A DNA stretch of 55,099 nucleotides, from positions 1-55,099 of the IMG/VR virus record IMGVR_UViG_3300033475_000029; one strand, given 5' to 3'. This document shows, in pieces, positions 17,911 to 27,760 of the stretch (the first letter of the stretch is position 1; each line of letters opens with the position of its first letter). The position numbers and the translations under genes were made by a program. A model generated the notes under the pieces. The model was given only the letters and a program-made list of their open reading frames with translations, ran no database searches and had not been told where the DNA came from. Source of the stretch: a virus (Duplodnaviria; Caudoviricetes).

Positions 17911-18188
17911 GCGCGTCCTCCGATCGGGCCAAAGGCGTCGAGGCCAGGACCGGCCGCGATGGCGCCGAATGCCGGAAAGGCCGTCACGCGGCGCTGGAGA
18001 CGAACGCGCGCCGGCTTGCCCGTCCGCGCCGCGACCTCGACGGACAGCACGCCCGTAAGCTCGCGGATCTCCTGATTGGTCAGGTCCTCGGGCTGTTTCC
18101 GGAGCAGCGGGTGACTACCCGCCGCCCCCGACGGCACCTGTAACTTCTTCTTGAAGTAAGAACACGCGATCGGTCGTTCCATCTTCAC
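17907..18188 (-). CDS. Hypothetical protein, first gene after the integrase gap
   Basis: GGAGG SD before GTG. Confidence 0.55.
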   Translation of the reverse strand: MKMERPIACSYFKKKLQVPSGAAGSHPLLRKQPEDLTNQEIRELTGVLSVEVAARTGKPARVRLQRRVTAFPAFGAIAAGPGLDAFGPIGGRA

Positions 18189-18205
18189 GCCCTCCAGAAA
18201 CGCAC

Positions 18206-18414
18206 TCGCCAGCTCGAGCCCTGTGCGCTGTCAACAGCAGGCACGACACCCCCGTGTCCGTCGGCGGTCAACACCGCAAGGGGCTCCAGCTGGCGAACGG
18301 TTCTTGACACGGGGGTGAGTATTAGTTCTCACGCGTCCCAAAATCGCGCAACTACTTTTGTGCTGAATCTTACAACTCAGCGAACAGAGTCAGCAATTTG
18401 TCCGTTGTCAACAG
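18206..18414. promoter_or_regulatory. Structured intergenic region, candidate attP
   Basis: 26-bp imperfect inverted repeat (18206-18231/18271-18296); TGTCAACAG repeated at 18229 and 18406; AT-rich stretch by the int 3' end. Confidence 0.45.
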
Positions 18415-19396
18415 GAGGGCGCTCGGCCTTAACGGCCGGTTTTCGATCGGCGGCGAGGATCTCGCGCATGTGCGCGCGGTCAGCCTCGCTGATCTGCAAA
18501 TAGCGCCAATGCATCGCTGCTGACTCGTGCCCGATCAGCTTCATCGCGATGAGCGGGTTCATGTTACCGCTCGCGAGCCGCGAGACTGCGCCGTGCCGAG
18601 CGTCGTGCGTGACGACGCGGCGATCTCCGGGCGCCGCCGGCAACGTGTCGAGGAACGGCCGCGAGATCGTGTTGAAGTACTTCGGATTGTACGGCCGCTT
18701 CGTTCTCGGGTTGGCGAAGTAGAAGTCGCAGCCTTCGATCTCGTCGAGGCTGTCGAGCAGGCGCAGGCAGTACTCGCTCATCGGGACGTCGCGCGACTTC
18801 TTCTTGCCCTTCGCGTTCTCGCGCGGCACGTGGATCATCATGTTCTCGCGGTCTACGTGCGCCCGCTGCATGCGAACGACCTCGCAACCGTTGCGCATCC
18901 CCGTTTCGATGCACACGCCCTGGAAGACGCGCAGCACCTGCGGAGCCTTTGAGAAGGCGATGTCGTGCGCGATCGGCTCGATGCGCGTCTCTCGCGCGTG
19001 CTGCCCCGGCAGGCGCTCCACGCCCTCAAACGGGTTGCGCGCGATCAACTCGGCTCGAACCGCCGCGCGAAACATCGCCAGCGTTTGCGCCAGCTCGGTG
19101 TTCAGGGTCCCGACGGCGCGCTTGAACCCGAGGCGCGTTGTTCCGTCCGCGCGGCCGTCGCGGAAGACGATGTAATGAGCCGGGCGAAGTTCGGACACAC
19201 GCTTGGGCCCGAAGTACTCCAGAACGGGCTTGAGCGTCGACAGGGCGGCGGGTCGGCAGCGCTTCGCGTACCATTCCCCGATCTCCGACACGAGCATGTC
19301 GGTTCCGACGGTGACGGGCCTCAACGCGCGGATGTCCGCACGAAGCTCTGCCATCTCGGCGCGCATCAGCGCCAGCAATTCGGACTCGTCGCTCAT
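18377..19396 (-). CDS. int: Tyrosine integrase/recombinase
   Basis: TGMR, K..K.R.VP, HDARH, LIGH and RY catalytic motifs. Confidence 0.92.
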   Translation of the reverse strand: MSDESELLALMRAEMAELRADIRALRPVTVGTDMLVSEIGEWYAKRCRPAALSTLKPVLEYFGPKRVSELRPAHYIVFRDGRADGTTRLGFKRAVGTLNTELAQTLAMFRAAVRAELIARNPFEGVERLPGQHARETRIEPIAHDIAFSKAPQVLRVFQGVCIETGMRNGCEVVRMQRAHVDRENMMIHVPRENAKGKKKSRDVPMSEYCLRLLDSLDEIEGCDFYFANPRTKRPYNPKYFNTISRPFLDTLPAAPGDRRVVTHDARHGAVSRLASGNMNPLIAMKLIGHESAAMHWRYLQISEADRAHMREILAADRKPAVKAERPPVDNGQIADSVR

Positions 19397-19476
19397 GCAG
19401 CCTGCGCGGTTATCGTGTGACAGAAAGGTGACGTTGCGTTAGCTGAGCAGAATGTCAGCGAGGCAAACTGTCGCGC

Positions 19477-21561
19477 TTAGGTGCGGCGTTTTGCCTTCGC
19501 ATGGGTGTAGAAGCGAAGGGCGTCGCGGAATCGGCGGTAGATCCGTTTGAAGTCGGCCTGTGCGCAATTCGGCTGCCCCTCGCACTCTTCGGTGCCGTTG
19601 CAGCCGCACCCGATGTAGCTGGCGTAACGGCGAAGGTTTCGCAACTCGGCCTCGGCCTTCTTCGGTAGCTTCACTTCCCCGTCTCCCGGCGCCATGCTGC
19701 AAGGGAGGGGCTGACTAGGAATGCGTCATACGAGCAGTTCACTTCGTGCGGCTGCGACAGGTCGCGAGGAGAGCGGCACTCGGGGCACCGCGAGATCAAC
19801 GGGAGGCCGTCCATGCGGACGTGCTCGGCCTTCTCAAGCAGCGCCAACGCTTCCTTGAGCAGCGCATCTCTATCGACGGTAGAGGGGACGGCATCTTCGA
19901 CCAAAACCCGCACCGCTTCGGCGGCGTGCCATGTTGGCGCCGCGTCGGCGAGAGTCCTGCGCAGGTACTGACGGGCCTCTTCGCGAGTCATCACTCCCCC
20001 TCTCTCTTGGTACGCTCGCTCGCGATGGCGTCGGCAATGACGTTGACCGGGTACACCGGGAGCCACGCGAGCTGCCCCCGTGCAATCTCCTCGGCGCGCT
20101 TTAGTCCTTCGGCGCGGCCTGCGTCGAAGCCAGCGCGAATCGCCGCGCGAAGCCCCGTACAGATACACGGTCGGCCCTGCTCATGGGCGCACACTCGGCG
20201 GGCTGCGGACTCAATGTCGAACGTCATGGCGTCTCGTCTCCCTTATCTCGGGGTGCGCTCTCCCTGGCCCGCCAGTTTCGTCGCAGGGCCTCCATGTACT
20301 CGCGGTGCTCTCGTCGTCCCCGGCGCCACGCAATGACGTCGGACACGAGGTTCGCCGCGAGCAGGAAGTAGAGTATCCACTCGGCGCTCACGGGCGCGTC
20401 CCTCCTTGCGTCTCGCGCGCCGCTAATTTCTCCCAGGCCATCGCGGGCGCAACCCAGCCGATTCCGAGCAGCAGCACGCCCACGGCAAGGGTGCGGTACC
20501 CGAATGCCGCCGTGACCGCACCGCCGACGAAGTGCCCGGCGATGAAGCCCTGGCACATGCCGACGACGAAGCGGGGACTCACGCGCTTACCCACGGGTAC
20601 CACCGTCCTGGCCGCGCTTCGGCCCGAGGATGACGAGCAGGCGCCCCAGGTACAGCGTCTGGCCGAACGTCTTGCGGTAGCCGGGCATGCACCCGAAGCT
20701 CGTCTTTGCCTCGGGCACGCGCTCGGCGCCGGTCTGCCACCCGTGCCACCCCCAGTGACTCAGGTTCAGTGAGAGGTTGTTGGCGCGCGTCTTCCACTTC
20801 AGCCGAATCGGCCACAGGTGGTAACGGGCGCGGTCGTCGTTCTTTCCGATGAGTCTCATTCTCGCGTCCCTCCTGGAGGTGGCGTCTCGGCCTCGGGCCT
20901 CCTGGCTTCCATGCGAGCGATTTCCTCCTCGGTCCACGTGCGGTCGGTCCAGTCGCGATGGCGCCCCGCGTGGCCGTCGGTCTTGATGCACGGCCAGACC
21001 CATTCGGCGGGGCACGTCGCGGCGCAGTCGATGGCGGGCATCCTCATTGGCCAACCTCAGGCGGCGTGAACTGCTTACACGTGCAGTCTGCGGCGTGGCA
21101 CTCGTTGGCGAAGAATCCGACGCATCGGTGCGACCCGTGCCCGTGCCCGCAGACGCACCGCGGGTTGCTCGGGTGCTCACTGTCATGGCGTCCGCAGGAG
21201 ATGCAGACCCCGTCAGGGCGAACCGCTCGCAACTCGTCGCATGGCTTCACGGCTTCTCCCCTCCAGTCGTCGTCGGCGTCTCGGTGGTCCCGGCTTGACG
21301 TCGGGCAGCTTCGAGGGGCGTCTCGTTTTCGGGCTCCGGTGGAATGACACGACCGCGTCCTTGGCATGCCTTGCAGGCGACGCCACGGGGGTTCGGCCAC
21401 AACGCGCCCGCGAGCCCCATGAGCGCGTCAAACACGCCGTCTGCGAACGAGCCGAGGCGGATCAACACGCCCAGCCCGAGCCCGACAAGTAGCACGGGCA
21501 GCGTGAGCACGAATGCGAGCACGTAGCGCACCCACCAGACCACCGGCCTGAGCAGTCTCAT
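19477..21561 (-). other. Run of ~9 small coupled hypothetical ORFs (19477-19674, 19671-19991, 19991-20227, 20224-20391, 20388-20582, 20587-20859, 20856-21047, 21044-21250, 21247-21561)
   Basis: Overlapping stop/start codons with SDs; several are Cys-rich or hydrophobic. Confidence 0.6.
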
Positions 21562-23768
21562 TTGGGCGTCTCGGTGGTAGAGGAGAGGCGGGCGATGTGG
21601 TCGGCGAGGTAGCCGAGGTGCCTGGTCTCATACTCCCATTTGATAACGTCCGACGACAGCCAGCCCGGGTGTGGCTTGCGGCGCTCTCTGATGAGCGCGA
21701 TGACCTCGTCGAATGCGGACAGCCGGGCCCGGGAGACGGCAGCGTCACGGTCAGCGGCGCCGCGGCTGTAGGCGACCAGGCACATCTCGCGCTCATTGAT
21801 GAAGTTGCCGTTTTCGACGGTCGTCCACCACGCCTCGAACGCCTCACTCCCTGGAGAGCTACCGCTGCCCTGGCAGCTTCCCGGCACCGGGGCGTGACCG
21901 GGCACGCGCAGGCACGTCATCACGATGCCGCTGTACTTCGACGGGTAGGTCAGGCCGCACGCCGGAGAGCTACCGCTGGAAGGGGTGGCGGCGATGGCCG
22001 GCGCGTACGCCTTGCAGTCGCAGCGAGCGCACGCGTAAGGCGGCTCAGTGTAGTGGCGGTGCGGCGTGCCCGCGTTGCGCCCCTTCTCCTGCTCGGCGCA
22101 GACGCAGCGATTCGGGTCGGTCGCGCCGCCGTACAGCCCCTTAGCGATGGACGCCACGCGCTCGGCGATGGTCTGTTCGCGCGGGGGCTCCTCGGTAGGC
22201 GCTGCACTCGCCAGTCCCGTAGTGGGCAGCGGGCCGACCTTCTCGACTAGCTGGTCGGAGGTAGGCGCTGCGCTCGCGCTGCGACCCAGCAGCATGAACA
22301 TGCCGCCGTCGATGGCCGCCTTCCCGATGCCACCGATGGGCTTGCGTGTCACCGGGTCCACGACGTTCCAGCCGCCACTGTCGTTCTGCTCCCCCGTGAA
22401 CTCGTAGGTGCTCCCGTCGCGATGCCGAGCACGGTCCCCCTTCTCCGGGGGCCACGGCACGTGGGCATCAGCAGCGAGAGCAGGCGGGGCGCCCCGGACG
22501 CCCGTCTGGTTGCAGTCGTCGCACCCCTCGGGGTTGTCGTGCGGGCTGCTCACCCAGCCTCGTCCGCCGCACGAATCACACTTCGGCCCTCGCGGCACAT
22601 CAGCAGCGGTGCCCGCGAACGTCGGCAGCTCCTCGCCCTTCTGCAACGCGATTCGCCGCTGCACCGAGCGGGAAAGCACGTGGGCATCAGCAGCGGGGGC
22701 AGACGAAGGTTGCCGAGGCCGGGGCGTGTGGCTGGCCGTGGCACAGCCCTTTGGACTCACGCCCCGGCCCGAGCCGTCGCCTGCACTTTCCGGCGTCTGC
22801 ACCCCCTCAAGGGGCCGGCGTCCGGACCTGAGAGGCTGTTCTCGTTTCGGCAATCTTGATTCTACCACAGCAGCGGGGGCAGGCGGGGCGGCCTCGGGCG
22901 GTCCGGTGCGTTCGCACCTGCACTCTGAGAAGTCTCCGGCATCGTGGCGGCACCCAGGGTAATGATCCTTGTCCTCGGGGTGATGAACCGACCACAGGTG
23001 ACCGCAGGCGTCGCAGGACTTGGGCGCAGGCGGGGCCTCGCTCTGGGGCTCGCTCGGGGGTGCCTCGACGGGTTCAGTCGCGCGGCACGAGTGATACCCC
23101 GCGTGCTCCGCCGGCAGCGCACACGGCTCGTCGCAACCGGCCTTCGAGCAACGACACTCGCAGCCCCGCTGCTCTCCCTTCGGCGTCACGGGGCGCGGCC
23201 CCAGGACGACGCGCATGCGATCCATTGCTGCCGGCGACATCTCCCAGAGCACGCGCTTGTCCCAACCGCCGCGTCGTTGCGTCCACTCGACGACAGTGAG
23301 GTACTCGTCGGGCGAGCCGGTTCCGTGCGCTCGCGTCTCGATGACCGCCCCGGACTCCACGCGAGTCAATAGGAAGCCATGTGAGCGCGAATATGGGGCC
23401 GGCGTCACCAGCGGCTCGACGGGCGTCACGGGTGGTGCGGCCAGGAAGGCTTTCGTCTCGGCAACGCGCGAAGGGTACGGCGCCAGACGCTCGCGAAGGC
23501 GCTGGTTCTCGGCTTCCGCGGCGTTGGCCCGGTTGGCGTGCGTGAGGTACAGCGAGCTCGCTCCAGCGCCGTCGTCGCGCAGCCGGCGCACCAGGTCACG
23601 CAGCCGCTCCACCTCCCCACGGGCGGCCTCGGTGGCGCGCTCTGTGGCAGCGGTGTCGACGGAGCGAAGGAGGGCGACAAGGGCAGGTGCGGCACTGTCG
23701 TAAGAGACGGCCCAAGAATCGCTCATGAACTCGCGTGCTCGGTCTTCCAGTGATTGCTCGGTGCTCAT
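21558..23768 (-). CDS. Large mosaic protein: Cys/His modules joined by Pro/Ala linkers
   Basis: ~736 aa, coupled at both ends; internal direct repeats. Confidence 0.75.
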   Translation of the reverse strand: MSTEQSLEDRAREFMSDSWAVSYDSAAPALVALLRSVDTAATERATEAARGEVERLRDLVRRLRDDGAGASSLYLTHANRANAAEAENQRLRERLAPYPSRVAETKAFLAAPPVTPVEPLVTPAPYSRSHGFLLTRVESGAVIETRAHGTGSPDEYLTVVEWTQRRGGWDKRVLWEMSPAAMDRMRVVLGPRPVTPKGEQRGCECRCSKAGCDEPCALPAEHAGYHSCRATEPVEAPPSEPQSEAPPAPKSCDACGHLWSVHHPEDKDHYPGCRHDAGDFSECRCERTGPPEAAPPAPAAVVESRLPKREQPLRSGRRPLEGVQTPESAGDGSGRGVSPKGCATASHTPRPRQPSSAPAADAHVLSRSVQRRIALQKGEELPTFAGTAADVPRGPKCDSCGGRGWVSSPHDNPEGCDDCNQTGVRGAPPALAADAHVPWPPEKGDRARHRDGSTYEFTGEQNDSGGWNVVDPVTRKPIGGIGKAAIDGGMFMLLGRSASAAPTSDQLVEKVGPLPTTGLASAAPTEEPPREQTIAERVASIAKGLYGGATDPNRCVCAEQEKGRNAGTPHRHYTEPPYACARCDCKAYAPAIAATPSSGSSPACGLTYPSKYSGIVMTCLRVPGHAPVPGSCQGSGSSPGSEAFEAWWTTVENGNFINEREMCLVAYSRGAADRDAAVSRARLSAFDEVIALIRERRKPHPGWLSSDVIKWEYETRHLGYLADHIARLSSTTETPK

Positions 23769-23998
23769 GGGGTCCACTCCGCGCGAGGCGTTGACGGCAG
23801 GCCGTGCGATTCGTTCCAGGCGTCCGCCGTGGCCTCGGCGGTGACGATTTCAGCGTCTATGTCCGGGTCGGGATGCTGCCCGCTTCCGACGTAGCCGCAC
23901 CCGAGGCAGCGGAACAGCGACGCGCCGTCGACGTACCCGCGCTCGTGGGACGCGGCGCACCGAGGGCAGGTGAACTTGACCGAAGGCTTAGTGCTCAT
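23765..23998 (-). CDS. Small zinc-ribbon protein
   Basis: CPRC...CLGC. Confidence 0.6.
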   Translation of the reverse strand: MSTKPSVKFTCPRCAASHERGYVDGASLFRCLGCGYVGSGQHPDPDIDAEIVTAEATADAWNESHGLPSTPRAEWTP

Positions 23999-24843
23999 GG
24001 GGTCTCCTTGATCACGGCGAGGACATCGGGGCACTTCGTGAACGCTTGCAGGCGACCGACGTCCACGGTGGCGACGTTCACGGCCTTGGTCGTGATCAAC
24101 TGCACCGCCTCCCTCAGCATCCCCCGCAGCTCACCAGCGGCAGCGCGAGCGTGGTCAAGTTGCGCGAGCACAAAGTCGACGGCGTCGATGGGACTGCGAT
24201 GCCGAGCGTTCTCGCGAATCGTTGCCGTGCGCTCATCATCTTCTCGCGCCGCCTCCCCCACCCGTCTACGGAGGGCGGCCAGGTCGCGTTCGGCGGTCTC
24301 AGCGCGGACCTGGACAGGGGCGACCGCCTGGCGGACGACGTCCATCGCGCCGTCGACGATTCTGTCCCGCGCCTCGGCCAATACGCGCGCCTGCGCCAGG
24401 TCCCGCTCAGCCCGTGCAGCGGCCAGCTCCCCGCTCACCTGGGCATAGAGAACGGTGGCGCTGTCGAGGTCAGCCCGTGCAGTGGCGAGGTCGGCAAGGG
24501 CGGTGTCGCGCTCGCCGCGAAGGGTTGCGACGTCTTCGCAGCGGTCGGCGAGCGTGCGCCACTCGTCGCGCTCGCGTTGCAGCGCCTCACATCGCGCGCT
24601 GGCCTCAGCCAGGGCTTCCGTGAGCCTTCGTTCCACCTCTCCGGGGTGACGGCGGACTTCGAGGTCGCGTTGCAGCGCCTCCCGTTCGGCCTCGTGCTCC
24701 AGTTCGCGGGCGGTCAGGCGGTCGCAGAAGTCCGAGTGGTGGTACGGCTCCTCGGGCGAGTTGCGCCAGCATGTGCGGTGGTTGATGGTTAAGAACGCGT
24801 GCGCCTTCTCTCGGGCGCGGTCCTCCGGCGAGGGGGTGCTCAT
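23995..24843 (-). CDS. Coiled-coil hypothetical protein
   Basis: Repeated ERD/EAL heptads; MSTPSPEDRARE start. Confidence 0.65.
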   Translation of the reverse strand: MSTPSPEDRAREKAHAFLTINHRTCWRNSPEEPYHHSDFCDRLTARELEHEAEREALQRDLEVRRHPGEVERRLTEALAEASARCEALQRERDEWRTLADRCEDVATLRGERDTALADLATARADLDSATVLYAQVSGELAAARAERDLAQARVLAEARDRIVDGAMDVVRQAVAPVQVRAETAERDLAALRRRVGEAAREDDERTATIRENARHRSPIDAVDFVLAQLDHARAAAGELRGMLREAVQLITTKAVNVATVDVGRLQAFTKCPDVLAVIKETP

Positions 24844-25385
24844 GGCGTCGCCGCCGCCTTGAACGACGCGAAGCTCGGCGGGTCCGCGTGCTCGAACCCC
24901 GGGAACAGGGCGTCCATGATGAAAGCGGGCAGGAACTCGCCACGCGCCGCGACCATCGCTGCCAGTCTCATCGTCGCGTGGTCGTTCTTCTTTTCCCATT
25001 CGGCGCGCACCTCGGGGCGAGTGACCTCGCAATCCCGGGCGTGCTGATCCGTACGCGTGAGCCCGTCGTCGTCGCACGCTCCGCACGACCAGCGCCCCGC
25101 GCAGACCTCCGGGCAGAGCACCGCGTGCTGGGTGAGCCCGACGCCTTGAAGCTTCCTGAACGTCGGATCGACATTCGGCACGATGATGCAGTCGGTGGCC
25201 CCGCATCGGCCGCACGTCATGCCCTTGTGGACGCGTGGGCGTGCCTCTGGTGAAGGGGGCGCGGGCGACGCGGTTTCGAGGGCGTGACATTCTCCGTTCT
25301 CGTGACGCACGCAATGCACGGCCTCATGGTCGACGTATCCGAGCAGCTTGCCGCACCCGCGCGTCTCTTCCGCGGCGCCTTTCAT
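24840..25385 (-). CDS. Cys/His-rich hypothetical protein
   Basis: Coupled ORF. Confidence 0.55.
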   Translation of the reverse strand: MKGAAEETRGCGKLLGYVDHEAVHCVRHENGECHALETASPAPPSPEARPRVHKGMTCGRCGATDCIIVPNVDPTFRKLQGVGLTQHAVLCPEVCAGRWSCGACDDDGLTRTDQHARDCEVTRPEVRAEWEKKNDHATMRLAAMVAARGEFLPAFIMDALFPGFEHADPPSFASFKAAATP

Positions 25386-25720
25386 GGAATCTCCCTCTGC
25401 GTGCGCTCGTCCTTCATGCGGTCGTACTCGTAGTCGCCGCGGTCCTCTCGCGCGATGGCGTGGGCCCGATCGCGTCGGCACTTCGGACACAGGCGGCGCG
25501 GATAGCCGTCGTCGAACACCTCCACGAGGTCCCGTCGAAGCCAGCCGTTGTCCTGCGAACAGAAGTCACGTCCATCGCACTCGGCGGGCTGCTCCGCGAG
25601 CCATGCCGCACACGGACCACAGTCGACCATTGCCTCCTCGTGTCCACAGCCCGGCATCGGCAACTCTCCGGAATTTCCGGAAGGTTCAACCGTCAAGGAT
25701 TGCTTTACTATTGCCCGCAT
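25382..25720 (-). CDS. Cys-rich hypothetical protein
   Basis: Coupled ORF; CxxC motifs. Confidence 0.5.
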   Translation of the reverse strand: MRAIVKQSLTVEPSGNSGELPMPGCGHEEAMVDCGPCAAWLAEQPAECDGRDFCSQDNGWLRRDLVEVFDDGYPRRLCPKCRRDRAHAIAREDRGDYEYDRMKDERTQREIP

Positions 25721-25943
25721 GGGTACACCGTCAGCCTTTCGCTCCCAGGACCGAGGATTTCGCCGTTAATGTCGATTCGCCCCGAAGACCCGCACCGGTA
25801 GCACTCAACCGCATCGCCCTGCCGGAGCGGAGCGTGACCAAGCCGACGGACAGCGACCATCCGCTCTGAGACGACGACGGCGCGCCTCTCTGGAGCCGAC
25901 GCAGCGTCCTCTGCCGCACGGGTCGCGGAATCGCGACCGCGTC

Positions 25944-26279
25944 TCATGGTGTCGGCTCGCAAGCAGGCTCGCCGGGGCAGTTAGGACCACAGAGCCACAT
26001 GTCACGTGCGGCGTCGTACTGTCCTGAGCATGTCGGATAAACAGCCCCGCACTCGTGGCACACGAAGCCGTCGCCCTCGTCATTTTCGGCGTCGGTCTCG
26101 TCCTGTCGCCCGCACCAACACATCTCGTCGCAGAAGCCGCCCGCTATGACGCCGTCGCACGGCGGAGACTGGCACTCGCCGCAGCACCGGCAGTGCTTCG
26201 CGAACGCCTCAATCACTTCGGGCGGCGGCATGGACGGGTCGGCGCTCTCCCCTCCCTGCTGGTCCTCTCTGGTGGTCAT
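25944..26279 (-). CDS. Cys-rich hypothetical protein
   Basis: Many Cys residues; ATGA coupled. Confidence 0.55.
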   Translation of the reverse strand: MTTREDQQGGESADPSMPPPEVIEAFAKHCRCCGECQSPPCDGVIAGGFCDEMCWCGRQDETDAENDEGDGFVCHECGAVYPTCSGQYDAARDMWLCGPNCPGEPACEPTP

Positions 26280-27424
26280 GGGGCGGCCTTCTCGCGTTCC
26301 GCGCACTCCCGGATGTCCTCCAGTGCTCTGGAATTTGTCGCGTAGAAGTGCGGCACTCGTCCTGTGCTCGCCCGGTAGATCATCGCTCCGGCGCGCTCCG
26401 GGCCGTGCTCCGCCTCCAGTTTCGCCCCGGCCTCGCCCGCGAGATGAATCGCCCACCCGGCGCGGCAATGAGTCGTCCCGCACGCGCCACCTTCGCCGTG
26501 CCACGAGGCCATTTCGAGGACGCCGCCACTGGAGATGGCGGCCAGAATCTTCGAATCCAGGGCCTCGACGACGGGGGCCTCCGGGTGACGCTCCCGGTAC
26601 GCCTTGGCTCGCTCGGCGAGCACTTCCGGCGTTGGCGCCTGGCGTACGTAGTGCGTCGGCGGATCGGTCTTCTCGATGCCGGCCGGCACGTTTCGGGCGC
26701 CCGTGAGGTCGGCGCCCGCGAGGTCGGCGCCCGCGAGGTTGGCGTGCGCGAGGTCGGCGCCCGCGAGGTTGGCGTGCGCGAGGTCGGCGCCCGCGAGGTA
26801 GGCGCCCGCGAGGTCGGCGCGCGCGAGGTCGGCGCCCGCGAGGTCGGCGCCCGCGAGGTAGGCGTCCGTGAGGTTGGCGTGCGCGAGGTTGGCGCCCGCG
26901 AGGTCGGCGTCCGCGAGGTCGGCGTGCGCGAGGTTGGCGTCCGTGAGGTTGGCGTGCGCGAGGTTGGCGCCCGCGAGGTAGGCGTCCGTGAGGTTGGCGC
27001 CCGCGAGGTAGGCGTCCGTGAGGTTGGCGTGCGCGAGGTTGGCGCCCGCGAGGTAGGCGTCCGCGAGGTCGGCGTGCGCGAGGTTGGCGTCCGCGAGGTT
27101 GGCGTGCGCGAGGTTGGCGCCCGCGAGGTAGGCGTCCGCGAGGTTGGCGTGCGCGAGGTTGGCGCCCGCGAGGTAGGCGTCCGTGAGGTTGGCGCCCGCG
27201 AGGTCGGCGCCCGCGAGGCAGGCGTCCGTGAGGTCGGCGTGCGCGAGGTTGGCGTCCGCGAGGTTGGCGTGCGCGAGGTTGGCGCCCGCGAGGTAGGCGT
27301 CCGTGAGGTTGGCGTGCGCGAGGTCGGCGTGCGATCCTTCGCGGCCTCCCGTCACGCGCCACTTGCGATGCTCCTCAAGGATGGCCTTCAACTCGTCTGC
27401 GGTGAACTTCCTGCGCTCGCTCAT
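26276..27424 (-). CDS. Pentapeptide repeat protein with C-terminal CGTTHCRAGW domain
   Basis: 42 A[DNY]L[AT][HDG] repeats; GAGGAG SD. Confidence 0.95.
   Translation of the reverse strand: MSERRKFTADELKAILEEHRKWRVTGGREGSHADLAHANLTDAYLAGANLAHANLADANLAHADLTDACLAGADLAGANLTDAYLAGANLAHANLADAYLAGANLAHANLADANLAHADLADAYLAGANLAHANLTDAYLAGANLTDAYLAGANLAHANLTDANLAHADLADADLAGANLAHANLTDAYLAGADLAGADLARADLAGAYLAGADLAHANLAGADLAHANLAGADLAGADLTGARNVPAGIEKTDPPTHYVRQAPTPEVLAERAKAYRERHPEAPVVEALDSKILAAISSGGVLEMASWHGEGGACGTTHCRAGWAIHLAGEAGAKLEAEHGPERAGAMIYRASTGRVPHFYATNSRALEDIRECAEREKAAP
26699..27328 (-). repeat. 42 x 15-bp coding tandem repeat
   Basis: GCC-(GAC/AAC/TAC/TGC)-CTC-(GCG/ACG)-(CAC/GAC/GGC/CGC). Confidence 0.97.
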
Positions 27425-27483
27425 GTTCGTCTCCTCGTTGGTTGCAGAGCCCTGCTGGTCCTCTGTCTGTGTGGTGGGTGGCA

Positions 27484-27675
27484 TCACGACCGAGCCCCCT
27501 GTCGAATCGCGCCGGCAATCTTGCGGGCCATGTCGATTCGAGCTCGCGCCGTCTCGCCAACCACTCCGGCCTCGTTGCGCAGTAGCTCATACGAGAAGGC
27601 GAACGCCTCGACGAGACGCAGACAGCGCCTACGCTCTGCGCGCACCTTTGGGTCTAGCGTTCGTTTCGCGGCCAT
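27484..27675 (-). CDS. Small basic hypothetical protein
   Basis: AAGGAG SD, MAAKRTL start. Confidence 0.55.
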   Translation of the reverse strand: MAAKRTLDPKVRAERRRCLRLVEAFAFSYELLRNEAGVVGETARARIDMARKIAGAIRQGARS

Positions 27676-27760
27676 TGGTGTCCGTCTCCTTGAGTGTGGT
27701 GAGTCGTGCGCTTCCATGCGGCCCACGTCGCACCGTGGGCCGGAGTAAGGCGCGACTGGG

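Noticed and set aside
18190-18376. tRNA gene or tRNA-derived att core
   Set aside because: No cloverleaf, T-loop or CCA end recognisable by eye
26699-27328. CRISPR array or DGR
   Set aside because: Contiguous in-frame 15-bp units with no spacers; no reverse transcriptase or TR/VR pair seen
25944-27748. Long alternative-frame ORFs (RQPRA and REVGV repeats)
   Set aside because: Shadow frames of the stop-free pentapeptide repeat
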